Origin: an uncultured Verrucomicrobiae bacterium
Lineage (GTDB): Bacteria; Verrucomicrobiota; Verrucomicrobiia; Limisphaerales; Palsa-1400
DNA length: 64,000 nt
Reading direction: 5' to 3'
Assembly (NCBI GenBank): GCA_963702845.1
Contig: OY969763.1
Location: 2,976,001 to 3,040,000, forward strand
The notes beneath the pieces were generated by a model, which worked only from the letters and a program-made list of their open reading frames with translations, ran no database searches and was not told the DNA's origin. Position numbers and translations under genes: made by a program. Below, in pieces: positions 51,997-63,554 of the stretch. How positions within the stretch are numbered: the first letter of the stretch is position 1; each line of letters begins with the position of its first letter.

Positions 51997-53376
51997 ATGC
52001 CGAAGGTTTCATCCGAAACGAAACCGCTGGGAGACCAAACCGAATCTCTACCCACCGCGGTCCGGCCTATTTACGCGTTCATCATTTTCAACGCGTTGTC
52101 GTACCAGGTAATTCTCAGCAGCCCGATGGTGCTTTACGCGAAGACCCTCGGAGCGAGTGCAACTGTGTTGGGAATCATCGCTGGAATGATGCCGCTGTTG
52201 GTGATTTTCCAGATACCGGCGTCGAAACATCTCGGGCGCATTGGATATAAAAAGTTTGTCTTTGCGGGTTGGGGAACGCGCACGTTGTTTGTGGTGGGTT
52301 TGGCGCTGGTTCCGCTGACGGGCGCATTTCTTGATCGGACGACACGGCTTGCATTGGTGCTCCTGCTGTTGTTCGCATTCAACCTGACGCGCGGGATCAC
52401 GAGTTGCGCGTGGCTGCCTTGGATCACGGCGCTAATTCCAGCGACGGTGCGTGGGCAATATTTGGTGCGAGATGCGGCGTGCATGAACATCGGCAGTTTT
52501 CTCGTGTTCATCATTGCCGCGCTCGTTCTACAAACGGACCCGCATGCGTGGCAATTCGCGCTGCTGTTTGCGTTCAGTGCGGCGATGGCTGGTATCAGCC
52601 TGAGTTTTTTGCGACGGGTGCCGGACGGCGAAGCACCAGCGGAAATTCAGGCCTCGCGCACGCCGGTGCCCTGGAAAGAAATTATTACTTACCCGCCGTT
52701 CAGCAAATTGGTCTGGATGGCGATCGCGTGGTCGGTCGCGTACGGCGGCTTAACTACGTTTATCGTGGCGTTTCTGAAAACCGAAACGGGTCTGAGCGAA
52801 CGAGAGATCATGTTGGTAACGTCCGTGTCGTTCGTCGGCGGATTGAGCAGCTTGTGGTTGCTTGGTTCGCGACTGGATCATTTGGGAAGCAAACCGGTGT
52901 TGGCGGTTTGCATGATGACGTGGATCGTGATTCTGACAGGTTGGATTTTGATTTCGGGCAAGTTCGTCACCGCACATATCATTCCGTTGATTTTGGTATT
53001 GGAATTAGCGATGGGACTCGGATTCTCGCTGGTCAACATGGCCTCGACGCGGCTGGCAATGGTGGTCATTCCGCCCATGGGCCGGAATCATTTCTTCACT
53101 TATTACTCGGTAGTTACGAACGTGACGCTTGGGTTGGCGCCAATTTTTTGGGGGATATTCATCGACGCGCTGAAAGGCTTTCACGGCCACTGGCAAGGTG
53201 TGGAGTGGAATAGATTCAGCCTGTTTTTCGCGGCGGCTGGGTTGGTTTATTTCGTGACGATGATTCTGACGAAGCGATTGCACGAACCGAAGGCGGCGAG
53301 CATGGAAGAGTTGTTGCGCGATATCTGGCAACAATCGCCGCTGCGCATCTGGTTTCGATTAGGACCGCGCGGCTAA
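51997..53376 (+). CDS. MFS transporter
   Basis: About 12 TM helices; G.RLDHLGSK motif A. Confidence 0.85.
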   Translation: MPKVSSETKPLGDQTESLPTAVRPIYAFIIFNALSYQVILSSPMVLYAKTLGASATVLGIIAGMMPLLVIFQIPASKHLGRIGYKKFVFAGWGTRTLFVVGLALVPLTGAFLDRTTRLALVLLLLFAFNLTRGITSCAWLPWITALIPATVRGQYLVRDAACMNIGSFLVFIIAALVLQTDPHAWQFALLFAFSAAMAGISLSFLRRVPDGEAPAEIQASRTPVPWKEIITYPPFSKLVWMAIAWSVAYGGLTTFIVAFLKTETGLSEREIMLVTSVSFVGGLSSLWLLGSRLDHLGSKPVLAVCMMTWIVILTGWILISGKFVTAHIIPLILVLELAMGLGFSLVNMASTRLAMVVIPPMGRNHFFTYYSVVTNVTLGLAPIFWGIFIDALKGFHGHWQGVEWNRFSLFFAAAGLVYFVTMILTKRLHEPKAASMEELLRDIWQQSPLRIWFRLGPRG

Positions 53377-53421
53377 TTTCGACTCTTGTCGAATCGCGGT
53401 GGATTGGTTCATCTTGGTGGG

Positions 53422-54252
53422 ATGAGCACGGCCAACATTCCTCTCGAAGATAATTTTGCCGACATTGTCGGAAAAGCGCAGCGTGGTTTGGGTTTGAGTG
53501 ACGATGCGGTAGCAACCCGCGCCGGTGTTTCGGTCGCTGAATTGAGTGCGTTTAAAGACGGACAGTTTAGCGAAGCCGTCGCGCGGAATCTTGCCTCAGC
53601 TTTGGATCTCGCTGCCGACGCGCTCGTCGAACTGGGAAAAAAGGCTTGGTATCCGCCCGCGCATGAACTGGACGGTTTGGCGCAGTTCAATACCACTTAC
53701 CACGATATGACTGTGAATTCGTATGTGGTGTTTGATCCAAAAACAAAGGAAGCGGCCGTATTCGATACCGGAGCAACGGCTCAGCCGATGTTGGATTTTG
53801 CGAAGCAGAACGGATTGAATATCCAGTTGATTTTGCTCACGCACACGCACGTCGATCATATTGCCGATTTGAAAGGTCTAAAAGCGGCGACCGGCACACC
53901 GGCTTACGTCGGCGAAAAGGAACAGTTCGCTGATGCTGATGCATTCGCGGCTGGGAAAACTTTTCACGTTGGAAATCTTAAAATCGAAACGCGCCAAACG
54001 AGTGGTCATGCACGTGGAGGAATTACATTTGTGATTTCCGGTTTGGGCCGACGCGTTGCCATTGTCGGCGATGCATTGTTTGCGTGTTCGATGGGCGGCG
54101 GAATGATTTCCTACGAAGAGGCGTTGCGCACTAATCGGAAAGAGATTTTCAGTTTACCTGATGATACGATTGTGTGTCCTGGGCACGGGCCATTGACAAC
54201 GGTCGGGGAACAGAAAAAACACAATCCGTTTTATCCCGAGTTCCAGAAATAG
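53422..54252 (+). CDS. MBL-fold metallo-hydrolase (glyoxalase II-like) with N-terminal HTH-like domain
   Basis: THTHVDH, SGH, GDALF, PGHGP.TTV..K..NPF. Confidence 0.85.
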   Translation: MSTANIPLEDNFADIVGKAQRGLGLSDDAVATRAGVSVAELSAFKDGQFSEAVARNLASALDLAADALVELGKKAWYPPAHELDGLAQFNTTYHDMTVNSYVVFDPKTKEAAVFDTGATAQPMLDFAKQNGLNIQLILLTHTHVDHIADLKGLKAATGTPAYVGEKEQFADADAFAAGKTFHVGNLKIETRQTSGHARGGITFVISGLGRRVAIVGDALFACSMGGGMISYEEALRTNRKEIFSLPDDTIVCPGHGPLTTVGEQKKHNPFYPEFQK

Positions 54253-54257
54253 CAGAG

Positions 54258-55160
54258 CTAAGCGATTGCCTGGCGCGGCACTTTTTTGACCATTGCGGCG
54301 AAATCGTCGATTTCGGCGGTGCTCTCGAATCCGACGTTCAGGATGTCGACGATTCCAGACTGGAGCGCAAACTTAATCGATTCCTGGCGCTTAACTGGAT
54401 CGGTGCGCAGCCTCCCCTCGCCCACGATTTTCATTCCGACAACGCCTTTTCCGGCGGCGTGAATGCGTTTAATGATCGGCACAACTTTTTCCGGTGGTCC
54501 ATCCATACTCATGCCGTAGGGGTTGATGCGAAGATTGACGGAATCGACCCACGGCTCAGCAGCAGCGGTTTCGAGCGCTTCCATCGAGTGACAGGATACA
54601 CCGTGCGCGCGAATGGCACCTTTTTGTTTGAACTTGTCGAGGATGTCCATTTGCTTTTGCAATTCCTTCGACCAACCACCAGCGGTGCAGCAATGCAGCA
54701 GGACGATGTCGATGTAATCGGAGCCGAATTCTTTCAGGAAACGCGGAATGATGACGTCAGCGTCAGGGCGTTCCTTTTCGGGAATGCCGTCGGGACGCCA
54801 CCAGATTTTGGAAATGATGGTGAACTTATCGCGCGGAATGCCCTTCAAAGCGGGAATGATGTATGGGTGTGAACCGTAAAGATCCGCCGTGTCGTAGACT
54901 CTGATACCGCGGTCGTAGGCGCCGCGAATGAGTGCGCTAAACTTTTCTTTTCCGAGGCGCGTCTGGTTCGACTCGCGCTTCCAACCTTTCATCCCGGTGC
55001 CCAGGCAGAGGCGGCTGACTTTGATGCCGGTTTTGCCGAGGGTGAAGCGCTCAGTGGGATCGAAGTATTCACTCTTTGCACTGGCAATATTGCTGCCAAG
55101 CAACAAAGCGCCTGCGCTTAGAGCCGATTGTTTGAGGAATGTGCGGCGTGGAATTTTCAT
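54258..55160 (-). CDS. Aldo/keto reductase with Tat-type signal
   Basis: RRTFLK; LGKTG..VSRLCLGT, DTADLYG, DYIDIVLLH, GVSCH. Confidence 0.9.
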   Translation of the reverse strand: MKIPRRTFLKQSALSAGALLLGSNIASAKSEYFDPTERFTLGKTGIKVSRLCLGTGMKGWKRESNQTRLGKEKFSALIRGAYDRGIRVYDTADLYGSHPYIIPALKGIPRDKFTIISKIWWRPDGIPEKERPDADVIIPRFLKEFGSDYIDIVLLHCCTAGGWSKELQKQMDILDKFKQKGAIRAHGVSCHSMEALETAAAEPWVDSVNLRINPYGMSMDGPPEKVVPIIKRIHAAGKGVVGMKIVGEGRLRTDPVKRQESIKFALQSGIVDILNVGFESTAEIDDFAAMVKKVPRQAIA

Positions 55161-55248
55161 AACGCGTTTTCCTAATAACTCGTTCAAAAAGTGTACGTGA
55201 GGACAATGCTGCGCACACCAATCCAAGTCAAACTATCAGTGCGCGGGC

Positions 55249-58200
55249 CTAGTCTTCTGAGAACAAGTATTCCAAATCGGTTTGCGAGAGGTTTTGTGCA
55301 AAACCTTGTTCGCCGAGCACGTCCGCGATGGTTTGGGCTTTGCGCTGTTGCAGGTCCCAGATTTTTTCTTCGACGGTGCCGGGAGCGATGAGACGGTAGG
55401 CGTTAACCGTGCGCGTTTGGCCGATACGGTGCGAGCGGTCGATGGCTTGCGCTTCGACGGCTGGATTCCACCATGGGTCGTAAAGGACGACGTAACTGGC
55501 GTTGGTCAGGTTTAATCCGGTGCCGGCGGCACGAAGACTGAGCAAGAACACGCAGCCGTTGGTGTCTTCCTGGAACGATTGCGTTACCTGGGAACGGTCT
55601 TTGGTTTCGCCGGTGAGGATATGGGTCTTGATACCGCGCGCATGACATTCTTTTTCGAGAATGCGCAGCATTTGGACAAATTGACTGAAGACCAAAACCT
55701 TTTGGTTTTCGGCGAGGAGCGGCTCCAGCAATTCGAAGAACGTAGTGGTCTTCCCTGAATCGGAGTCGTTGTTGACCAACTGCGGGTGGCAGCAGATTTG
55801 GCGCAGACGCGTGAGCGCAGCGAGAACATGAATCGTGATGCGACCGAGGCCTTTTTCGGAGACGGCATCCATGACCTGCTCGCGGCTACGGCGGAGTTCA
55901 GCGAGGTAAAGTTTGCGCTGGGCTTCGCCGAGATCGCAGTCGCGACGTTGCTCGATGCGATCGGGCAAGTCTGCGGCGACTTCTTTTTTCAAGCGGCGCA
56001 GGAGCAACGGACGAAGTTTCGACGCGAGCCGGCGTCGGGCAATGCGTTGTTCGTCAGCGGCGTTCTCGCCCTTGGGTTCGTATTTTTCCGAAAACTTCTG
56101 TTGGTTACCCAGATAGCCGGGTTGAACAAAATCAACAATGCTCCAGAGATCAAGCAAGCGATTCTCCAACGGCGTGCCAGTTAAGGCGAGGCGTTGGTCG
56201 GAGTGCAGTTGTTTGACGGAAAGTGTAATCTGCGCGTCGGGATTCTTGATGAATTGGGCTTCGTCGAGAATGACTGCGCGGAAGGAAAACTTTTGCAGTG
56301 CTTCAAGGTCGCGGCGAAGCAACGCGTAATTGGTGACGATCAAATCGTATTCGGGAATTTGATTGCGCAGGTTGTGCCGCGCCGCGCCACTTTCAAGGAC
56401 GAGCACGCGCATCTGTGGGGTGAAGCGGTTGGCTTCACGACGCCAATTGTGGAGAACTGAAGCGGGACAAATGACCAAGGCCGGTGTTTTTTCCTTTTGC
56501 TGCAAACGGGTCCACTCGAGCCACGTCAATGTTTGGAGCGTTTTGCCCAAACCCATGTCGTCGGCGAGGATTCCGCCGAGTTTGTGGCGGCTGAGATGGC
56601 AAAGGAAATCGAAGCCTTGCTTCTGGTATGGACGCATTTCTGCCTGGAGCGTCGGTGGCAATGGGGTTTCTGGAACCCCGCTGAATTCTTCGAGGCTTTT
56701 GCGGAGCGCTTTGGCTTCAGGGCCATCGCCGAATTTCTGCAAGCCCGCATCGTCGAGATGCGCGGCCTGTTCGAAACCGAGCTTTTGCGGAACAGCAACC
56801 AAACCGTCGACGCCAAGATCGGCCATGGCTTCGTGAGCTTGCTGCACGGCTGCAGCGTCGAGTTCGACCCAGCCTGCATCCGGCAATTTAACAAATCGTC
56901 CGGTAGCAGACTGCAACCGCAACAGATCGGCTGGCGTAAGACGCATGCCTTCTGCTTCCCATTCGGCGGAAATTGAAAACCAATCAATGCCGCTGCCTTT
57001 GACCAACAGGCGCGGTTTGAGTGCGCGGGGTGACAGGAACAGGCGATGGAACGCCGGATTGCCAAGATATTCGGCGTCTTCCGGTTTCGTGGGCCACGCG
57101 TTGGCGAGAACCTGCAACGAGTTTTCGTTCGCATCACCAACCCACACGCCGGGCTCGGGCGTGAACCAATCCAATCGGCGCAACCAAAGCACCGAAGGAT
57201 CCAGGCGCGCGTCGTCTAAAATTTCTGGTTTGGCGTCCAGCTTGACCGGTTCGTTGTCCTGATTCCAATCGTGTCCGGTCCAATGCCAGGGAGTATTGTC
57301 GCGTTCACTCTGGGCGAGCAATCGCAAGCGGACAACGTTGTCTTCCAATTCGAACGTGAATCGCGGCTTGGCCTTGTGAACGATGCAAAGCTGTTCCCAA
57401 TCCACACCATCGTTAGATTGGTTTTTGCGCAGCTTGGTCAGAAGGCGTCGGCTCAACTTGCTCACCGGCAATCCGCCTTTTTGTGCCCAGGCGTTCAGCA
57501 AATCCGTCGGCGGAGCTGCTCGAAGCAAATAGAAAGAGTCATTGATCAGCGCGATTGGCGGCTGTCCACCGAAAAACTTAGCGGCTTCGAGGGGATGCGC
57601 TTCACCGGCCGGGAGAACCAGACGATGTGTAAAGGTCAGGTCGCCATCGACGGGCGCGAGATGCGGTTTCAGTTCGGCGAGATGGCCCTGAAAGTTGACG
57701 AGGGATTGCGAGGCTGCCATCTGCAAACGCGATTTGTCACCCCACCGTACGAGCCATTGCAAGAGGTCGAGTCCAGTCAGGATAAATTTATCCCACAAAC
57801 CTTCCGGGTCGCGGTGAGTTTCGGCGAGCCATTGAATGAATTCCCAATCGTGACCGGGGAAAAGTTCCTGTTCGTGAGCGGCACGGGTCGTCAGGTCAAC
57901 GATTTCGCCGAGAGTTTTAATTTTCTCCCCGGTGCGCTGACGAAAGACATGAAAAGAGACGGACAACCCGTGGAGCGCAGGATGCTCCGTCAAGGCGACC
58001 GGTTCGCAGATGACGCGTAGCGCGGCGCGAGGGGAATCAAGGTGGGCCGGTGACGGCGGGTAAAGCCATTGTTCCAATTGATGGACCAGCTTGTTTTCCT
58101 CTTCCGCAGCTTCAATTTCGGCGAAGCGCGTGAGATTGGCGTGCCCTTGCAGTTCAGTCGGCAACGGACGATTGGCGCGGAGGAACAGGATAGCAGTCTC

Positions 58201-58512
58201 TTCGAGACGTTTTTTGCCTTGTGACGCCATCAAGCGCGGCCACCACTCCTGTCCTGAGAAATCTTTACGCGAAAGCTGTAGTTTATCGAAGTAGTCCTCT
58301 AGCAGGAGCCAAGCGCGCTGCGAATCCGTGCAATCGGCGAAAATCTTAAGGAGCTCGGTGCGCTCGCTCACGGCTGCCTTGGAATCCGCCAACTCGCGCC
58401 GAAGGTCTGCCTGGACCCCATACGTCTTCGCCAACACCGTATGATGTGCGTCATACTTGGTTGTATTGCCTGAACGGGTGGTAAATCCCGTCTTTGACGT
58501 GTTTTTGGACAT
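55249..58512 (-). CDS. SNF2-family DEAD/DEAH helicase-like ATPase
   Basis: LADDMGLGKT, LDEAQ, LTGTPLEN, VFSQF, GLNLT, QAIDRSHRIGQ. Confidence 0.92.
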   Translation of the reverse strand: MSKNTSKTGFTTRSGNTTKYDAHHTVLAKTYGVQADLRRELADSKAAVSERTELLKIFADCTDSQRAWLLLEDYFDKLQLSRKDFSGQEWWPRLMASQGKKRLEETAILFLRANRPLPTELQGHANLTRFAEIEAAEEENKLVHQLEQWLYPPSPAHLDSPRAALRVICEPVALTEHPALHGLSVSFHVFRQRTGEKIKTLGEIVDLTTRAAHEQELFPGHDWEFIQWLAETHRDPEGLWDKFILTGLDLLQWLVRWGDKSRLQMAASQSLVNFQGHLAELKPHLAPVDGDLTFTHRLVLPAGEAHPLEAAKFFGGQPPIALINDSFYLLRAAPPTDLLNAWAQKGGLPVSKLSRRLLTKLRKNQSNDGVDWEQLCIVHKAKPRFTFELEDNVVRLRLLAQSERDNTPWHWTGHDWNQDNEPVKLDAKPEILDDARLDPSVLWLRRLDWFTPEPGVWVGDANENSLQVLANAWPTKPEDAEYLGNPAFHRLFLSPRALKPRLLVKGSGIDWFSISAEWEAEGMRLTPADLLRLQSATGRFVKLPDAGWVELDAAAVQQAHEAMADLGVDGLVAVPQKLGFEQAAHLDDAGLQKFGDGPEAKALRKSLEEFSGVPETPLPPTLQAEMRPYQKQGFDFLCHLSRHKLGGILADDMGLGKTLQTLTWLEWTRLQQKEKTPALVICPASVLHNWRREANRFTPQMRVLVLESGAARHNLRNQIPEYDLIVTNYALLRRDLEALQKFSFRAVILDEAQFIKNPDAQITLSVKQLHSDQRLALTGTPLENRLLDLWSIVDFVQPGYLGNQQKFSEKYEPKGENAADEQRIARRRLASKLRPLLLRRLKKEVAADLPDRIEQRRDCDLGEAQRKLYLAELRRSREQVMDAVSEKGLGRITIHVLAALTRLRQICCHPQLVNNDSDSGKTTTFFELLEPLLAENQKVLVFSQFVQMLRILEKECHARGIKTHILTGETKDRSQVTQSFQEDTNGCVFLLSLRAAGTGLNLTNASYVVLYDPWWNPAVEAQAIDRSHRIGQTRTVNAYRLIAPGTVEEKIWDLQQRKAQTIADVLGEQGFAQNLSQTDLEYLFSED

Positions 58513-58746
58513 TATTTGGGGCCCGAATTAAAGGCGTTATATCTCGTCATAACCGGCGGCTTTGGTCAATTCGAATTAGCAAAAAAGTGGGAACAACTTA
58601 TACACTGGTTGTTCACAAACTGCTCAATGTCTGTGATATACCCGATTCTGTGGGGTTCGACAGTCGGGCAAACGGCGAAACGAATGTAGGACGAAAAGCG
58701 ACATAATGCGCTTTCCTCTGCGCAGCCGCACTTCTATAACAGGCGC

Positions 58747-60742
58747 ATGTCCAGCGAGGAGAATGTTTTGGCGCGGCCGGTAACGACGCTCTATGGCGTC
58801 GGACCGGAGCGGGCCAGGCAATTAGAGCGAATGGGCATTGTGACCGTCGAAGACTTGCTGCTGCATCGGCCGAATCGGCACGAGGATCGACGCAATTTCA
58901 CTCCTATTGCCGAATTGCAACTCAAAGAATCGGCGCTCACCTGTGGAAAAATCGTCGCTGCCGGCGTGAAAAAATGGAAATTCGGGACCCGTTCAATATT
59001 CACCATCGTTCTCGATGACGGGACCGCGCGATTGCACTGCCGCTGGTTCAATGCAGGGTATATGGAGGGTTATTTTCAAGTCGGCGAGGAAGTGGTCGTG
59101 TTCGGAAAGGTGCGCTCACTCAAACCGCGGACCATTGATCATCCAGAAAATGAAGTAATCGATGCGGTGGATCGGTCGGTTCACCTGAATCGGATTGTGC
59201 CTATTTATCCGCTGACGGAAGGTTTGCCGCAGCGATGGCTGCGCGCGCTGATTTGGCGAACACTCGAAGCATACGGGCCGGCATTCACGGATTTGCACCC
59301 TCAAATCGCACTGCCGGGCCAAACCCTTCATAGGGCTGAAGCGCTTCGGTTGTTACATTTTCCGGCTGCACCAGAAGATGTCGAACATGCGCGGCGGCGG
59401 CTTGCGTTTGATGAATTTGTCGCACTGCAACATTCAATGCAGCTCCGGCGCAAGAAGTTGGAAGCAAACGCCCGCGCCCTGCCCGCTTCCGGGGACAATC
59501 ACCTGATTAAACCGTTTCTCGGGAAACTCCCGTTCAAGCTATCGGATTCGCAAATAACAGTTCTGCGCGAGATACGCAAAGACATGGGCGGTCCTGTCCC
59601 GATGCGAAGGCTTCTGCAAGGCGACGTAGGCACCGGCAAGACAGTCGTGGCCGCTTGCACAGCGTTGATGGCGCTGGAGAGCAACAGCAATGTCGTGCTA
59701 ATGGCGCCGACTGAAATTCTCGCTGAACAACATTTCCAAAATTTCCGACGCTGGTTGGAGCCACTTGAAGACTTCAGTTGAACTGCTGACGAGCAGCTAT
59801 AAGCCGGCGATGGTCAGAGGAGAACATCCAACGTTGTTCATCGGCACCCACGCATTAATCGAGCAAACATTTGCAGTTGATCGTTTGGGGTTGGTCATCA
59901 TCGATGAGCAGCACAAGTTCGGGGTCGCGCAACGTGAGCAGTTGGTGAAAAAAGGCAATTACCCTCATCTGCTGGTCATGACGGCAACACCTATTCCGCG
60001 AACACTCGGGTTAACGCTTTATGGTGATTTAGATATTTCGACGATTGAACAACCGCCTGTTACGCGCGGGCAGATCAAAACATTTCTACGCACCGGCGAG
60101 AGCCGCGAAAAAGTCTGGAAGTTCGTGCGAAGCGAACTGGCGCGTGGGCGTCAGGCATACGTCATCTATTCGCGCCTCGAAGAGGAAGATACGGTTGTAG
60201 GTTTGAAAGCGGTAACAAAAGAATTCGACGAACTCCAAAAAGTATTCGCGCCGTTTCGTGTTGGCCTGATGCACGGGCGTTTAAAGTCGGAAGAAAAACA
60301 ACGAACGATGCAAGCCTTCTACGCAAACCGTCTCCATGTGTTGCTGGCCACGAGCATCGTTGAAGTGGGTTTGGACGTGCCGAATGCCACCGTCATGGTC
60401 ATTGAAAATGCCGACCAATTCGGTTTGGCCCAATTGCATCAGTTGCGCGGGCGCATCGGTCGCGGCTCGGAGCAATCCTATTGCATACTGTTGGCGAGCG
60501 CGAAAACTGCCGAAGCCAAAGCGCGATTGAAAATCATGGAGCAAACCACCGATGGGTTCAAAGTGGCGGAAGAAGATCTGAAATTGCGCGGTCCCGGAGA
60601 GTTTCTGGGTACTGATCAAAGCGGTCGTCCGGCGTTGCGATTTGGTGATTTGATCCAGGATCGTCCTCTGGTTGAGCACGCACGAGCGCTCGGTAAAACA
60701 ATCCCTGAACAAATATTAAGGAGTTTTTCCTATTGCATTTAG
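58747..60742 (+). CDS. recG: ATP-dependent DNA helicase RecG, frameshifted near 59766
   Basis: Wedge domain, RLLQGDVGTGKT, DEQHKFGV, MTATPIPRT, QLHQLRGRIGRG, DL.LRGPGE. Confidence 0.92.
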
Positions 60743-60768
60743 TTGACAACTGCGCAGATTGCAGCCGA

Positions 60769-60915
60769 ATGAAAAAACTAGCATTGGCTCTTTTAATTGC
60801 GGTATGCGGCTGCTTGTTCGTAAGTGGTTGCAATAACGATAATACAGCTCCACGCCGGAGGCACGAATGCCCCAGCAATGACAAACGCCCCGGCGAAGTA
60901 ACTTCTCGGGATTAG
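60769..60915 (+). CDS. Small lipoprotein (end uncertain)
   Basis: MKK signal peptide with VSGC lipobox. Confidence 0.5.
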   Translation: MKKLALALLIAVCGCLFVSGCNNDNTAPRRRHECPSNDKRPGEVTSRD

Positions 60916-60952
60916 GCTGGCCATCGAGAATGGCGTTTGCCAAGGTGTGGCC

Positions 60953-61272
60953 ATGAAGGCCACACCTGCACTTTTCTTTTGTCTGCGATTGTGTTGTTGG
61001 TCGGTTGCGGCGACGAGAAATCGAACCCGATAACCGCGCCGTCGATTACATCGGCTCGGCCGTTAAACAGCAGCAATCGGCCGTTAAAACGGTGGACTCA
61101 CCGCCCTGAATCAGGCGGTGCAGTTGTTCAACGTACAGGAAGGCCGCTACCCGAAAGACCTCAACGAACTCGTCGAGAAGAAATATATCGGCAAACTTCC
61201 CGAGCGGCCCCCGTTGGCATGAAACTTTCCTACGATGCGGCCGACGGGAAAGTTTCCGTGGTGAAGGAATAA
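60953..61272 (+). CDS. Small lipoprotein, frameshifted
   Basis: LVGC lipobox; alternative frame gives ALNQAVQLFNVQEGRYPKDLNELVEKKYI, then GMKLSYD..GKVSVVKE*. Confidence 0.55.
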
Positions 61273-61395
61273 ACGCACGGGCCGCGTCCTGCCCTCACGA
61301 ATTGGCGTCTGTCGTGTCGCGAAATAAAGTTTATCCGACGTCACGCATCCGTTGACGACCGGCGATTTAGCCATTAGCGTTCCGGCTTCTTTTTC

Positions 61396-62934
61396 ATGGA
61401 ACAGATCATCATTCTCGATTTCGGTTCGCAATACACACAAGTCATTGCGCGGCGCATTCGCGAGTGCAACGTGTATTCGGTCATCGTGCCGTTTGATAAA
61501 CCGGCGTCAGAAATCGCCGCGCTCAGACCCAAAGGTATTATTCTGTCGGGCGGCCCTTCCAGTGTTTACGCGAAGAACGCACCGTTGCCGGACAAAGCGA
61601 TTTTTCAACTCGGTGTTCCCATTCTCGGCGTCTGTTACGGAGTCCAATTGCTGGCACAATTCCTTGGCGGCAAAGTTGAGCCCGGACAAAAGCGCGAATA
61701 CGGCAAAGGCACTCTGACTGTTCGCGATGGCAAGTGCGCGCTGTTTGAAGGTCTCGCTGCAAAACTCCAGGTCTGGAATTCGCACGGTGATAAGCTGACC
61801 AGTTTGCCCAAAGGATTTAAACCTGTCGCAACCACGGAAAATTCAGATTTCGCCGCAATTGAAGATCGCAGCCGCCAGTTTTTCGGGCTGCAATTCCATC
61901 CCGAAGTCGCACACACCCTGCAAGGTCGTGCGATCATTTCTAATTTCGTTCATCGAATCTGCGGGTGTGGAAAAAATTGGACGATGCGCAGTTATGTCGA
62001 CCAGGCAGTGGAGGAAATTCGCGCTCAGGTCGGCGACGAACGCGTTATTTTGGGTTTGAGCGGCGGCGTCGATTCGAGTGTTGCGGCGGCGCTGTTGCAC
62101 AAGGCTATTGGTGATCAGCTCACCTGTATTTTCGTGAACAACGGTTTATTGCGTGGACGCGAAGCCGAAACGGTGCAGGAAGTTTTTGGCAGGCATTTCA
62201 AGATCAAGTTGCGATATGAAAACGTCGGAAAACTTTTCCTTGGCCGGCTCAAGGGTGTCACTGATCCCGAGCGTAAACGGAAGATTATCGGCAAAACTTT
62301 CATTGAAATATTTCAGGCAGCGACGAAACGCGTTGGCAAAGCCAAATTCCTCGCCCAGGGCACGCTCTATCCCGATATCATCGAATCAGTTCCGATCGCC
62401 GGCAATCCCGCAGCGCTGATTAAAAGCCATCACAACGTGGGCGGTCTGCCAAAAAACATGAAGTTCAAGTTGGTCGAGCCACTGAAATGTTTATTCAAGG
62501 ATGAAGTGCGACAACTTGGGCTCGAACTCGGTTTGCCAAAAGAAATCGTTTACCGCCAGCCCTTCCCCGGTCCTGGATTGGCAGTCCGCATTCTCGGCGA
62601 AGTATCCCCGAGTCGATGTGAGATTTTGCGCGCAGCCGACACCATTGTCGTCGAAGAAATGAAGCGCGCCGATCTGTATTATAAAATTTGGCAGAGTTTC
62701 GCCGTGCTCTTGCCGGTGCGAAGCGTTGGTGTCATGGGCGATGAACGCACTTATGATTATACGATAGCTATCCGTGCCGTTGAATCGCAGGACGGAATGA
62801 CGGCCGATTGGGTGAAACTGCCCTACGATTTATTGGAAACGCTTTCGACCAGAATCATAAACGAAGTCAAAGGCGTGAACCGCGTTTGTCTGGATATTTC
62901 GAGCAAGCCACCTGCAACGATCGAGTGGGAATAG
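61396..62934 (+). CDS. guaA: GMP synthase (glutamine-hydrolysing)
   Basis: [41 protein letters not shown]. Confidence 0.97.
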   Translation: MEQIIILDFGSQYTQVIARRIRECNVYSVIVPFDKPASEIAALRPKGIILSGGPSSVYAKNAPLPDKAIFQLGVPILGVCYGVQLLAQFLGGKVEPGQKREYGKGTLTVRDGKCALFEGLAAKLQVWNSHGDKLTSLPKGFKPVATTENSDFAAIEDRSRQFFGLQFHPEVAHTLQGRAIISNFVHRICGCGKNWTMRSYVDQAVEEIRAQVGDERVILGLSGGVDSSVAAALLHKAIGDQLTCIFVNNGLLRGREAETVQEVFGRHFKIKLRYENVGKLFLGRLKGVTDPERKRKIIGKTFIEIFQAATKRVGKAKFLAQGTLYPDIIESVPIAGNPAALIKSHHNVGGLPKNMKFKLVEPLKCLFKDEVRQLGLELGLPKEIVYRQPFPGPGLAVRILGEVSPSRCEILRAADTIVVEEMKRADLYYKIWQSFAVLLPVRSVGVMGDERTYDYTIAIRAVESQDGMTADWVKLPYDLLETLSTRIINEVKGVNRVCLDISSKPPATIEWE

Positions 62935-62942
62935 CGCGCCTT

Positions 62943-63554
62943 CTACGGCGAGGATGACAGTTCGAGTTCGCGCAGCTTTGGGCCAAACAGATGGCCAACC
63001 TCGTTGCCCGCAAGGACGAGAACATATCCGAAAGCGGCCACGGCGAGTCCGAGGACAATCGCGGCCCAAAGATGTTTCACTTCGAAACGGCGCAGGGAAG
63101 GCGCAAACGCAATCAGACCAAGCACTGCGCCAACCACAATCACCGCGTCGACGCTGGCGCGTTGCCAATAGCTTCCGCCCAGGTGCAACCACATTCCGAA
63201 TTCATCAAAAGTCAGCGCCATCGAAATGCCATACGCAATTGCGACGCGTTCCGCAGCCATCCCTTGCGGTCGTCGGAACAACAAGTATCCGCCAACGACC
63301 GACAGCAGAAAAATCCCGTAGTTCAGATGATGAACATGCGTGCCGCGCAGGAACAGAAACAGATTCGGAATTTCCCCCGCCATAATCAGCACCACAACAA
63401 TGCGCGACACGAGAAACGTCAGAACGAAACTCAATAGTGCAACACGCGCCACGCGCTCGGACGCCCCGTAGACGGGTGGGTTGCGTTTGGTTGCTGGTTC
63501 TGAGTTCAAATTCGTTAGCGCGAGGTGATTCGTCGCCCCGTCGCGCTTAATCAC
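62943..63554 (-). CDS. Hypothetical membrane protein
   Basis: TM helices; HVHHLNYG and LTFDEFGMWLHL motifs. Confidence 0.75.
   Translation of the reverse strand: MIKRDGATNHLALTNLNSEPATKRNPPVYGASERVARVALLSFVLTFLVSRIVVVLIMAGEIPNLFLFLRGTHVHHLNYGIFLLSVVGGYLLFRRPQGMAAERVAIAYGISMALTFDEFGMWLHLGGSYWQRASVDAVIVVGAVLGLIAFAPSLRRFEVKHLWAAIVLGLAVAAFGYVLVLAGNEVGHLFGPKLRELELSSSP

Noticed and set aside
51941..53376. Genomic island at tRNA-Lys
   Set aside because: No integrase and no duplicated tRNA 3' end seen
55249..58512. SNF2 as part of a defence system such as DISARM
   Set aside because: No methylase, nuclease or partner genes; housekeeping context
59760..59781. Programmed frameshift in recG
   Set aside because: No slippery heptamer; indels are common across the window
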